From the NCBI GenBank assembly GCA_964016885.1, contig OZ024760.1:35278001-35342000 (forward strand): a stretch of 64,000 bases of DNA, read 5' to 3'. Below, in pieces: positions 39,801 through 53,200 of the stretch. The position numbers were made by a program, and so were the translations under genes. A model generated the notes under the pieces. The model did no database searches and was not told the origin of the DNA. It worked only from the letters and a program-made list of their open reading frames with translations. This stretch comes from Eledone cirrhosa (Eukaryota). Each line of letters begins with the position of its first letter. Position 1 is the stretch's first letter.

Positions 39801-40472
39801 GTTGGGAGAGTGTCATTACCTATGTTAGGAGGGTGCCGTTACCTATGTTAGGAGTGTGCCATTACCTATGTTGGAAGGGTGCGATTACCTACGTTAGGAG
39901 GGTGCCATTACCTATGTTGGGAGAGTGCCATTACTTATATTAGGAGGATGCCGTTACCTATGTTGGGATGGTTCCGTTACCTATGTTGGGAGAGTGCCAT
40001 TACCTATGTTGGGAGGGTTCCGTTACGTATGTTGGGAGAGTGCCATTACCTATGTTGGAAGGGCGCCGTTACCTATGTTAGGAGGGTGCCGTGTCCTATG
40101 TTGGGAGGGTGCCATTACCTATGTTAGGAGGGTGTATTACCTATGTTAGATGGGTGCCATTACCTATGTTAGGAGGGTTCCTTTACCTAAGTTGGAAGGG
40201 TGCCATTACCTATGTTGGAAAGGTGCCGTTACCTATGTTAGGAGATTGCTGTTACCTACGTTGGGAGGGTGCCGTTACCTATGTTGGGAGAGTGCCATTA
40301 CCTATGTTGGGAGGGTGCCGTTACCTATGTTAGGAGGGTGCCATTAACTATGTTGGAAGGGAGCCGTTACCTATGTTGGGAGAGAGCCTTTGCCTATGTT
40401 CGGAGGGTGCGTTACCTATGTTGGGTGAGTGCCGTTACCTATGTTGGGAGAGTGCCATTACCTATGATATGA

Positions 40473-41143
40473 GGGTGCCGTTACCTATGTTGGGAGGGTG
40501 CCATTACCTATGTTGGGTGAGTTCCGTTACCTATGTTGGAAGGGTGCCATTACCTATGTTGGGAGAGTGGCTTTACCTATGTTGGGAGTGTGGCCTTATC
40601 TATGTAGGGAGAGTGCGAATACCTATGTAGGGAGGGTGCCGTTAACTATGTTAGGAGGGTGCCGTTACCTATGTTGGGAGAGAGCCTTTATCTATGTTAG
40701 GAGGGTGCCGTTTCCTATGTTGGGAGAGTGCCATTACCTATGTTTGGAGGGTGTATTACCTATGTTGGGAGAGTGCCATTCCCTATGTTAGGTGGGTGCC
40801 GTTACCTATGTTAGGAGGGTGCCATTACCCTTGTTGGGAGAGTGCCGTTACCTATGTTAGGAGGGTGCCGTTACCTATGTTGGGAGAGTGCCATTACCTG
40901 TTAGGTGGGTGCTGTTACCTATGTTAGGAGGGTGCCGTTACCTATGTTGGGAGGGTGCCATTACCTATGTTGGGAGAGTTCCGTTACCTATATTGGAAGG
41001 GTGCCATTACCTATGTTGGGAGAGTGGCTTTACCTATGTTGGGAGTGTGGCCTTATCTATGTAGGGAGAGTGCGAATACCTATGTAGGGAGGGTGCCGTT
41101 AACTATGTTAGGAGGGTGCCGTTACCTATGTTGGGAGAGAGCC
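40473..41143 (+). repeat. ~215-bp block repeated at 457-bp spacing
   Basis: GAGTGGCTTTACC...GTGTGGCCTTATCTATGTAGGGAGAGTGCGAATACC at ~40565-40623 and ~41022-41080; ORFs 40498 and 40955. Confidence 0.8.
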
Positions 41144-44100
41144 ATTACCTATGCTAGGAGGGTGCCATTACCTATGTTGGAAGGTTTCCGTTCCCTATGT
41201 TGGGAGAGTGTCATTACCTATGTTGGGAGGGTGCCGTTACCTATGTTGGTATGGTGCATTACCTATGTTGGGTGAGTGCCGTTACCTATGTTGGGAGAGT
41301 GCCATTACCTATGTTAGTACGGTGCCGTTTCCTATGTTGGGAGAGTGCCATTACCTATGTTAGGGGGTGTATTACCTATGTTGGGAGAGTGCCGTTACCT
41401 ATGTTGGGAGGGTTCCGTTACCTATGTTAGGAGAGTGCCGTTACCTATGTTAGGAGGGTGCCGTTACCTATGTTGGGAGGGTGCCATTACCTATGTTGGG
41501 AGAGTGCCGTTACCTATGTTAGGAGGGTGTCGTTACCTATGTTGAGAGAGTGCCATTACCTATGTTAGGAGGGTGCCGTTACCTATGTTAGGAGGGTGCC
41601 ATTACCTTTGTTGGAAGGGTGCCATTACCTACGTTAGGAGGGTGTCATTACCTATGTTGGGAGAGTGCCATTACTCATATTAGGAGGATGCCGTTTCCTA
41701 TGTTGGGAGGGTTCCGTTACCTATGTTGGGAGAGTGCCATTACCTATGTTAGGAGGGTGCCGTTACCTATGTTGGGAGGGTGCCATTACCCATTTTGGGA
41801 GAGTGACATTACCTATGATAGGAGGGTGATGTTACCTATGTTGGGAGGGTGCCATTACCTATGTTGGGAAAGTTCCGTTACCTATGTTGGAAGGGTGCCA
41901 TTACCTATGTTGGGAGAGTGCCTTTACCTATGTTGGGAGTGTGCCCTTATCTATGTTGGGAGAGTGCCATTACCTATGTAGGGAGGGTGCCGTTACCTAC
42001 GTTAGGAGGGTGCCGTTACCTATGTTGGGAGAGTGCTATTACCTATATTAGGAGGGTGCCGTTACCTATGTTAGGAGGGTGCTATTACCTATGTTGGAAG
42101 GGTGGCATTACCTACGTTAGGAGGGTGCCATTACCTATGTTGCGAGAGTGCAGTTACCTATCTTAGGAGGGTGTCGTTACCTATGTTGGGAGAGTGCCAT
42201 TACCTACGTTCGGTGGGTGCCGTTACCTATGTTAGGAGGGTGCCTTTACCTATGTTAGGAGGGTGCCATTACCCATTTTGGGATAGTGCGATTACCTATG
42301 ATAGCAGGGTGCCGTTACCTATGTTGGGAGGGTGCCATTACCTATGTTGGGAGAGTTCCGTTACCTATGTTGGAAGGGTGCCATTACCTATGTTGGGAGA
42401 GTGCCATTACCTATGTAGGGAGGGTGCCGTTACCTGTGTTGGGAGAGTTCCATTACCTATGTTGGAAGGGTGCCATTACCTATGTTGGGAGAGTGCCTTT
42501 ACCGATGTTGGGAGAGTGCCATTACCTATGTAGGGAGGGTGCCGTTACCTATGTTAGGAGGGTACTGTTACCTATGTTGGGAGAGTGCCATTACCTATGT
42601 TAGGTGGGTGCCGTTACCTATGTTAGGAGGGTGCCATTACCTATGTTGGAAGGGTGCGATTACCTACGTTAGGAGGGTGCCTTTACCGATGTTGGGAGAG
42701 TGCCATTACCTATGTAGGGAGGGTGCCGTTACCTATGTTAGGAGGGTACTGTTACCTATGTTGGGAGAGTGCCATTACTTATATTAGGAGGATGCCGTTA
42801 CCTATGTTGGGAGGGTTCCGTTACCTATATTGGGAGAGTGCCATTACCTATGTTGGGAGGGTGCCGTTACTTATGTTAGGAGTGTGCCGTTACCTATGTT
42901 TAGAGGGTGCCGTTACCTATGTTAGTAGGGTGCCATTACCTATGTTGGAAGGGTGCCGTTACCTATGTTGTGAGAGTGCCATTACCTATGTTAGGAGGTT
43001 GCCGTTACATGTTAGGAGGGTTCCTTTACCTATGTTGGGAGGGTTCCGTTACCTATGTTGGGATAATGCCGTTACCTATGTTGGGAGAGTGCCGTTACCT
43101 ACGTTTGGAGAGTACTATTTTCTAAGTTGGGAGAATGCCGTTACCTATCTTGGGAGGGTGGCGTCACCTATGTTAGGAGGGTGACGTTACCTATGTTGGG
43201 AGAGTGCAATTATCTATGTTAGGAGGGTCCCGTTTGCTATGTTGGGAGGGTGCCATTACCTATGTTAGGAGGGTGTATTACCTATGTTGGAAGGGTGCCG
43301 TTACCTATGTTAGGAGGGTGCCGTTACCTATGTTGGGAGGGTGCTGTTAACTATGTTGGGAAAGTGCCATTACCTATGTTAGGAGGGTGCAGTTACCTAT
43401 GTTAGGAGGGTTTCTTTACCTAAGTTGGAAGGGTGCCATTACCTATGTTGGAAGTGTGCCGTTACCTATGTTGGGAGAGTGCCATTACCTATGTTGGGAG
43501 GGTGCCGTTACCTATGTTAGGAGGGTACCATTAACTATGTTGGAAGGGAGCCGTTACCTATGTTGGGAGAGAGCCATTACCTATGTTAGGAGGGTGCGTT
43601 ACCTATGTTGGGTGAGTGCCGTTACCTATGATAAGAGGGTGCCGTTACCTATGTTGGGAGGGTGCCATTACCTATGTTGGGAGAGTTCCGCTACCTATAT
43701 TGGAAGGGTGCCATTACCTATGTTGGGAAAGTGGCTTTACCTATGTTGGGAGTGTGGACTTATCTATGTTGGGAGAGTGCGATTACCTATGTAGGGAGGG
43801 TGCTGTAACCTATGTTAGGAGGGTGCCGTTAACTATGTTGGGAGAGTGCCATTACCTATGTTAGGACGGTGCCGTTACCTATGTTAGAAGGGTGCCATTA
43901 CCTATGTTGGAAGGGTGCCATTACCTACGTTAGGAGGGTGCCATTACCTATGTTGGGAGAGTGCCATTACTTATATTAGGAGGATGCCGTTACCTATGTT
44001 TGGAGGGTACGGTTAACTATGTTGGGAGAGTGCCATTACCTATGTTAGGAGGGTGCCGTTACCTATGTTGGGAGAGTGCCATTACCTATGTTAGAAGGGT

Positions 44101-44727
44101 TCATTTACCTATGTTAGAAGGGTGCCTTTACCTGTGTTGGGAGAGTACCGTTACCTATGTTGGGAGGGTGCCGTTACCTACGTTTGGAGAGTACTATTAT
44201 CTAAGTTGGGAGAATGCCGTTACCTATGTTGGGAGGGTGGCGTCACCTATGTTAGCAGGGTGCCGTTTCCTATGTTGGGAGAGTGCCATTACTTATATTA
44301 GGAGGATGCCATCACCTATGTTAGGAGGGTGTATTACCTATGTTAGGAGGGTGCCATTACCTATGTTGGAAGGGTGCCGTTAACTATGTTGGGAGAGTGC
44401 CGTTACCTATGTTAGGAGGGTTCCTTTACCTAAGTTTGAAGGGTGACATTACCTATGTTGGAAGGGTGCCGTTACCTATGTTGGGAGATTGCTGTTACCT
44501 ACGTTGGGAGGGTGCCGTTACATATGTTGGGAGAGAGCCATTACCTATATTGGAAGGTTTCCGTTCCCTATGTTGGGAGAGTGTCATTACCTATGTTGGG
44601 ACGGTGCCGTTACCTATGTTGGTAGGGTGCCTTACCTATGTTGGGTGAGTGCCGTTACCTATGTTGGGAGAGTGCCGTTACCTATGTTAGTACGGTGCCG
44701 TCACCTATGTTAGGAGGGTGCCGTTAC

Positions 44728-46500
44728 CTATGTTGGGAGAGTGCCTTTATCTATGTTAGGAGGGTGCCGTTTCCTATGTTGGGAGAGTGCCATTACCTAT
44801 GTTAGGAGGGTGTATTACCTATGTTGGGAGAGTGCCATTCCCTATGTTGGCAGCGTGCCGGTACCTATGTTAGGAGGGTGCCATTACCTATGTTGGAAGG
44901 GTGCCGTTACCTATGTTGGGAGGGTTCCTTTTCCTATGTTGGGAGAGTGCCATTACCTATGTTAGGAGGGTGCCGTTACCTATGTTGGGAGGGTGCCATT
45001 ACCTTTGTTGGAAGGGTGCCATTACCTACGTTAGGAGGGTGTCATTAACTATGTTGGGAGAGTGCCATTACTTATATTAGGAGGATGCCGTTTCCTATGT
45101 TGGGAGGGGGCCGTTGACTATGTTGGGAGAGTGCCGTTACCTATGTTGGGAGGGTGCCGATACCTATGTTGGGCGAGGGTCATTACCTACGTTAGGAGGG
45201 TGCCGTTACCTATGTTGGGAGAGTGACATTACCTATGTTAGAAGGGTGCATTTCCCTATGTTGGGAGAGTGCCGTTACCTATCTTAGGAGGGTGTCGTTA
45301 CCTATGTTGGGAGGGTGCCGTTACCTATGTAGGGAGAGTGACATTACCTATGTCAGGAGGGTGCCGTTACCTATGTTAGGAGGGTGCCATTACCTATGTT
45401 GGAAGGGTGCCATTACCCATTTTGGGAGAGTTCCATTACCTATGATAGGAGGGTGCGGCTACCTATGTTGGGAGGGTACCATTACCTATGTTGGGAGAGT
45501 TCCGTTACCTATGTTGGAAGGGTGCCATTACCTATGTAGGGAGGGTGCCGTTAACTATTTTAGGAGGGTGCCGTTACCTATGTTAGGAGGGTGCCATTAC
45601 TTATGTTGGAAGGGTGCCGTTACCTATGTTAGGAGGGTGCCGTTACCTATGTTAGAAGGTTTCCATTCCCTATGTTGGGAGAGTGCCTTTATCTATGTTA
45701 GGAGGGTGCCGTTTCCTATGTTGGGAGAGTGCCATTACCTATGTTAGGAGGGTGTATTACCTATGTTGGGAGAGTGCCATTCCCTGTGTTGGGAGCGTGC
45801 CGGTACCTATGTTAGGAGGGTGCCATTACCTATGTTGGAAGGGTGCCGTTACCTATGTTGGGAGGGTTCCTTTACCTATGTTGGGAGAGTGCCATTACCT
45901 ATGTTAGGAGGGTGCCGTTACCTATGTTGGGAGGGTGCCATTACCTTTGTTGGAAGGGTGCCATTACCTACGTTAGGAGGGTGTCATTACCTATGTTGGG
46001 AGAGTGCCATTACTTATATTAGGAGGATGCCGTTTCCTATGTTGGGAGAGTGCCGTTACCTATGTTGGGAGGGTGCCGATACCTATGTTGGGTGAGTGTC
46101 ATTACCTACGTTAGGAGGGCGCCGTTACCTATGTTGGGAGAGTGACATTACCTATGTTAGAAGGGTGCATTTCCCTATGTTGGGAGAGTGCCGTTACCTA
46201 TCTTAGGAGGGTGTCGTTACCTATGTTGGGAGGGTGCCGTTACCTATGTAGGGAGAGTGACATTACCTATGTCAGGGGGTGCCGTTACCTATGTTAGGAG
46301 GGTGCCATTACCTATGTTGGAAGGGTGCCATTACCCATTTTGGGAGATTTCCATTACCTATGATAGGAGGGTGCGGCTACCTATGTTGGGAGGGTACCAT
46401 TACCTATGTTGGGAGAGTTCCGTTACCTATGTTGGAAGGGTGCCATTACCTATGTAGGGAGGGTGCCGTTACCTATTTTAGGAGGGTGCCGTTACCTATG
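44728..46500 (+). repeat. ~920-940-bp tandem duplication
   Basis: ORFs 44741..44965 and 45683..45907 (offset 942); AGTGACATTACCTATGTTAGAAGGGTGCATTTCCC at 45222 and 46141 (offset 919, one monomer lost); GTGCGGCTACC in both copies. Confidence 0.82.
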
Positions 46501-49500
46501 TTGGGAGAGTGACATTACCTATGTTAGGAGGGTGCCGTTACCTATGTTAGGAGGGTGCCATTACCTATGTTGGAAGGGTGCCATTACCTACGTTAGGAGG
46601 GTGCCATTACCTATGTTGGGAGAGTGCCATTACTTATATTAGGAGGATGCCGTTACCTATGTTGGGGGGGTGCCGTTAACTATGTTGGGAGAGTGCCGTT
46701 ACCTATGTTGGGAGGGTTCCGTTACCTATGTTGGGAGAGTGCCATTACCTATGTTGGGAGATTACCTATGTTAGAAGGGTGCAGTTACCTATGTTAGGAG
46801 GGTGCCTTTACCTATGTTGGTAGGGTGCCGTTACCTATGTTAGGAGTCTGCCGTTACCTATGTTTGGAGGGTGCCGTTACCTATGTTAGTAGGGTGCCAT
46901 TACCTATGTTGGAAGGGTGCCGTTACCTATGTTAGGAGGGTGCCGTTACATATGTTAGGAGGGTGCCATTACCTATGTTGGAAGGGTGCCATTTTCTATG
47001 TTAGGAGGGTGCCATTGCGTATGTTGGGAGAGTGCCGTTACCTATGTTTGCAGGGTGCCGTTACCTATGTTAGTAGGGTGCCATTACCTATGTTGGAAGG
47101 GTGCCGTTACCTATGTTGTGAGCGTGCCAATGCCTATGATAGGAGGTTGCCGTTACATATGTTAGTAGGGTTCCTTTACCTATGTTGGGAGGGTGGCGTT
47201 ACCTATGTTATGAGAGTGCCGTTACCTATGTTGGGAGGGTGCCGTTACCTACGTTTGGAGAGTACTATTATCTAAGTTGGGTGTTACCTATGTTGGGAGT
47301 TACCTATGCCGTTACCTATGTTGGGAGAGTGCCGTTACCTATCTTATGAGGGTGGCGTCACCTATGTTAGGAGGGTGCCGTTACCTATGCTGGGAGAGTG
47401 CAATTATCTATGTTAGGAGGGTGCCGTTTCCTATGTTGGGAGGGTGCCATTACCTATGTAAGGAGGGTGTATTACCTCTGTTAGGAGGGTGCCATTACCT
47501 ATGTTGGAAGGGTGCCGTTACCTATGTCAGGAGGGTTCCTTTACCTAAGTTGGAACGGTGCCATTACCTATATTGGAAGGGTGCCGTTAACTATGTTGGG
47601 AGATTGCTGTTACCTACGTTGGGAGGGTGCCGTTACCCATGTTGGGAGAGTGCCATTACCTATGTTGGGAGGTTTCCGTTACCTATGTTAGGAGGGTGCC
47701 ATTAACTATGTTGGAAGGGAGCCGTTACCTATGTTGGGAGAGAACCATTACCTATGTTAGGAGGGTGCGTTACCTATGTTGGGTGAGTGCCGTTACCTAT
47801 GTTGGGAGAGTGCCATTACCTATGTAGGGAGGGTGCCGTTACCTATGTTGGGAGACTTCCTTTACCTGTGTTGGAAGGGTGCCATTACCTATGTTGCGAG
47901 AGTGCCTTTACCTATGTTGGGAGAGTGCCATTACCTATGTAGGGAGGGTGCCGTTACCTATGTTAGGAGGGTACTGTTACCTATGTTGGGAGAGTGCCAT
48001 TACCTATGTTAGGAGTGTGCCGTTACCTATGTTAGGAGGGTGCCATTACCTATGTAGGAAGGGTGCGATTACCTACGTTAGGAGGGTGCCATTACCTATG
48101 TTGGGAGAGTGCCATTACTTATATTAGGAGGGTGCCATTACCTATGTTGGGAGAGTTCCGTTACCTATGTTGGAAGGGTGCCATTACCTATGTTGGGAGA
48201 GTGCCTTTACCTATGTTGGGAGTGTGCCCTTATTTATGTTGGGAGAGTGCCATTACCTATGTAGGGAGGGTGCCGTTACCTATGTTAGGAGGGTGCCGTT
48301 ACCTATGTTGGGAGAGTGTCATTCCCTATGTTAGGCGGGTGCCGTTACCTATGTTGGAAGTGTGCCATTACCTACGTTAGGAGGGTGCCATTACCTATAT
48401 TGCGAGAGTGCCGTTACCTAACTTAGGAGGGTGTTGTTAACTATCTTGGGAGAGTGCCATTACCTATGTTAGGAGGGTGTCTTTACCTATGTTAGGAGGG
48501 TGCCATTACCTATGTTGGGAGAGTGCCGTTACCTATGGTAGGAGGGTGCCGTTACCTATGTTGGGAGGGGGCCATTACCTATGTTGGGAGAGTTCCGTTA
48601 CCTATGTTGGAAGGGTGCCATTACCTATGTTTGGAGAGTGCTTTTACGTATGTTGGGAGAGTGCCATTACCTATGTAGGGAGGGTGCCGTTACCTATGTT
48701 GGGAGAGTTCCGTTACCTATGTTGGAAGGGTGCCATTACCTATGTTGGGAGAGTGCCTTTACCTATGTTGGGAGAGTGCCCTTACCTATGTAGGGAGGGT
48801 GCCGTTACCTATGTTAGGAGGGTACTGTTACCTATGTTGGGAGAGTGACATTACCTATGTTAGGAGTGTGCCGTTACCTATGTTAGGAGGGTGCCATTAA
48901 CTATATAGGAAGGGTGCCATTACCTATGTTGGAAGGGTGCGCTTACCTATGTTGAGAGATTGCTGTTACCTACGTTGGGAGGGTGCCGTTACCTATGTTA
49001 GGAGAGTGCCATTACCTATGTTGGGAGGGTGCCGTTACCTATGTTAGGAAGGTGCCATTAACTATGTTAGAAGGGAGCCGTTACCTATGTTGGGAGGGTG
49101 CCGTTACGTATGTTGCGAGAGTGTCATTACCTGTGTTGGGAGGGTGCCGTTACCCATGTTGGGAGAGAGCCATTACCTATGTTAGGAGGGTGCCATTACC
49201 TATGTTATGAGGGTGCCATTACTTATGTTGGAAGGGTGCCGTTACCTATGTTAGGAGGGTGCCGTTACCTATGTTAGAAGGTTTCCATTCCCTATGTTGG
49301 GAGAGTGTCATTACCTATGTTGGGAGGGTGCCGTTACCTATGTTGGTAGGGTGCGTTGCCTATGTTGGGTGAGTGCCGTTACCTATGTTGGGAGAGTGCC
49401 ATTCCCTATGTTGGGAGCGTGCCGGTACCTATGTTAGGAGGGTGCCATTACCTATGTTGGAAGGGTGACGTTACCTATGTTGGGAGGGTTCCGTTACCTA

Positions 49501-50259
49501 TGTTGGGAGAGTGCCATTACCTATGTTAGGAGGGTGCCGTTACCTGTGTTGTGAGGGTGCCATTACCTATGTTGGGAGGGTGTCGTTACCTATGTTGGGA
49601 GAGTGCCATTACCTATGTTAGGAGGGTGCCGTTACCTATGTTAGGAGGGTGCCATTACCTTTGTTGGAAGGTTGCCATTACCTACGTTAGGAGGATGCCG
49701 TTTCCTATGTTGGGAGGGGGCCGTTAACTATGTTGGGAGAGTGCCGTTACCTATGTTGTGAGGGTGCCGATACCTATGTTGGGCGAGTGTCATTACCTAC
49801 GTTAGGAGAGTGCCGTTACCTATCTTGGGAGAGTGTCGTTACCTATGTTAGGAGGGTGCCGTTACCTATGTTAGGACGGTGACGTCACCTATGTTAGGAG
49901 GGTGCCGTTACCTATGTTGGGAGAGTGCCTTTATCTATGTTAGGAGGGTGCCGTTTCCTATGTTGGGAGAGTGCTATTACCTATGTTAGGAGGGTGTATT
50001 ACCTATGTTGGGAGGGTGCCATTTCCTATGTTGGGAGAGTGCCGTTACCTATGTTAGGAGGGTGCAGTTTCCTATGTTGGGAGGGTGCCATTACCTATGT
50101 TAGGTGGGTGACGTTACCCATTTTGGGAGAGTGCCATTACCTTTGTTGGAAGGGTGCCATTACCTATATTAGGAGGGTGTCATTACCTACGTTGGGAGAG
50201 TGCCATTACTTATATTAGGAGGATGCCGTTTCCTATGTTGGGAGGGTTCCGTTACCTAT

Positions 50260-53200
50260 GTTGGGAGAGTGCCATTACCTATGTTAGGAGAGTGCCGTTA
50301 CCTATGTTGGGAGGGTGCCATTACATGTTGGGATAGTGCCGTTACCTATGTTAGGATGGTGCCATTACCCATTTTGGGAGAGTGCCATTACCTATTTAGG
50401 GAGGGTGCCGTTACCTACGTTAGGAGGGTGCCGTTACCTATGTTGGGAGAGTGCCATTACCTATGTTGGGAGAGTTCCGTTACCTATGTTGGAAGGGTGC
50501 CATTACCTATGTTGGGAGAGTGCCTTTACCTATGTTGGGAGTGTGCCCTTATCTATGATGGGAGAGTGCCATTACCTATGTAGGGAGGGTGCCGTTACCT
50601 ACGTTAGGAGGGTGCCGTTACCTATGTTGGGAGAGTGCCATTACCTATGTTAGGAGGGTGCCGTTACCTATGTTAGGAGGGTGCCATTACCTACGTTGGA
50701 AGGGTGCCATTACCTACGTTAGGAGGGTGCCATTACCTATGTTGCGAGAGTGCCGTTACCTATCTTAGGAGGGTGTCGTTACCTATGTTGGGAGAGTGCC
50801 ATTACCTATGTTAGGTGGGTGCCGTTACCTATGTTAGGAGGGTGCCTTTACCTATGTTAGGAGGGGGCCATTACCCATTTTGGGATAGTGCGATTACCTA
50901 TGTTAGGAGAGTGCCGTTACCTATGTGAGGAGGGTGCCCTTACCTATGTTGGGAGAGTTCCGTTTCCTATGTTGGAAGGGTGCCATTACCTATGTTGGGA
51001 GAGTGCCTTTACCTATGTTGGGAGAGTGCCATTACCTGTGTAGGGAGGGTGCCGTTACCTACGTTAGGAGGGTGCCGTTACCTATGTTGGGAGAGTGCCA
51101 TTACCTATGTTAGGAGGGTGCCGTTACCTATGTTAGGAGGGTGCCATTACCTATGTTGGAAGGGTGCCATTACCTACGTTAGGAGGGTGCCATTACCTAT
51201 GTTGCGAGAGTGCCGTTACCTATCTTAGGAGGGTGTCGTTACCTATGTTGGGAGAGTGCCATTACCTATGTTAGGTGGGTGCCGTTACCTATGTTAGGAG
51301 GGTGCCTTTACCTATATTAGGAGGGGGCCATTACCCATTTTGGGATAGTGCGATTACCTATCTTAGGAGAGTGCCGTTACCTATGTGGGGAGGGTGCCAT
51401 TACCTATGTTGGGAGAGTTCCGTTACCTATGTTGGAAGGGTGCCATTACCTATGTTGGGAGAGTGCCTTTACCTATGTTGGGAGAGTGCCATTACCTATG
51501 TAGGGAGGGTGCCATTACCTATGTTGGGAGAGTTCCATTACCTATGTTGGAAGGGTGCCATTACCTATGTTGGGAGAGTGCCTTTACCTATGTTGGGAGA
51601 GTGCCATTACCTATGTAGGGAGGGTGCCGTTACCTATGTTAGGAGGGTACTGTTACCTATGTTGGGAGAGTGCCTTTACCTATGTTAGGTGGGTGCCGTT
51701 ACCTATGTTAGGAGGGTGCCATTACCTATGTTGGAAGTGTGCGATTACCTACGTTAGGAGGGTGCCATTACCTATGTTGGGAGAGTGCCATTACTTATAT
51801 TGGGAGGATGCCGTTACCTATGTTGGGAGGGTTCCGTTACCTATGTTGGGAGAGTGCCATTACCTATGTTGGGAGGGTTCCGTTACCTACGTTGGGAGAG
51901 TGCCATTACCTATGTTGGAAGGGTGCCGTTACCTATGTTAGGAGTGTGCCGATAACTATGTTTGGAGGATGCCGTTACCTATGTTAGTAGGGTGCCATTA
52001 CCTATGTTGGAAGGGTGCCGTTACCTATGTTGTGAGAGTGCCATTACTTATGTTAGGAGGTTGCCGTTACATATGTTAGGAGGGTTCCTTTACCTATGTT
52101 GGGAGGGTTCCGTTACCTATGTTGGGAGAGTGCCGTTACCTATGTTGGGAGGGTGCCGTTACCGACGTTTGGAGAGTACTATTATCTATGTTAGGAGGGT
52201 GCCGTTTCCTATGTTGGGAGGGTGCCATTACCTATGTTAGGAGGGTGTATTACCTATGTTAGGAGGGTGCCATTACCTATGTTGGTAGGGTGCGTTGCCT
52301 ATGTTGGGTGAGTGCCGTTACCTATGTTGAGAGAGTGCCATTCCCTATGTTGGGAGCGTGCCGGTACCTATGTTAGGAGGGTGCCATTACCTATGTTGGA
52401 AGGGTGACGTTACCTATGTTGGGAGGGTTCCGTTACCTATGTTGGGAGAGTGCCATTACCTATGTTAGGAGGGTGCCGTTACCTGTGTTGTGAGGGTGCC
52501 ATTACCTATGTTGGGAGGGTGTCGTTACCTATGTTGGGAGAGTGCCATTACCTATGTTAGGAGGGTGCCGTTACCAATGTTAGGAGGGTGCCATTACCTT
52601 TGTTGGAAGGTTGCCATTACCTACGTTAGGAGGATGCCGTTTGCTATGTTGGGAGGGGGCCGTTAACTATGTTGGGAGAGTGCCGTTACCTATGTTGTGA
52701 GGGTGCCGATACCTATGTTGGGCGAGTGTCATTACCTACGTTAGGAGAGTGCCGTTACCTATGTTGGAAGGGTGCCATTACCTACGTTAGGAGGGTGCCA
52801 TTACCTATGTTGCGAGAGTGCCATTACCTATCTTAGGAGGGTGTCGTTACCTATGTTGGGAGAGTGCCATTACCTATGTTAGGTGGGTGCCGTTACCTAT
52901 GTTAGGAGGGTGCCTTTACCTATATTAGGAGGGGGCCATTACCCATTTTGGGATAGTGCGATTACCTATCTTAGGAGAGTGTCTTTACCTATATTAGGAG
53001 GGGGCCATTACCCATTTTGGGATAGTGCGATTACCTATCTTTGGAGAGTGCCGTTACCTATGTGGGGAGGGTGCCATTACCTATGTTGGGAGAGTTCCGT
53101 TACCTATGTTGGAAGGGTGCCATTACCTATGTTGGGAGAGTGCCTTTACCTATGTTGGGAGAGTGCCATTACCTATGTAGGGAGGGTGCCATTACCTATG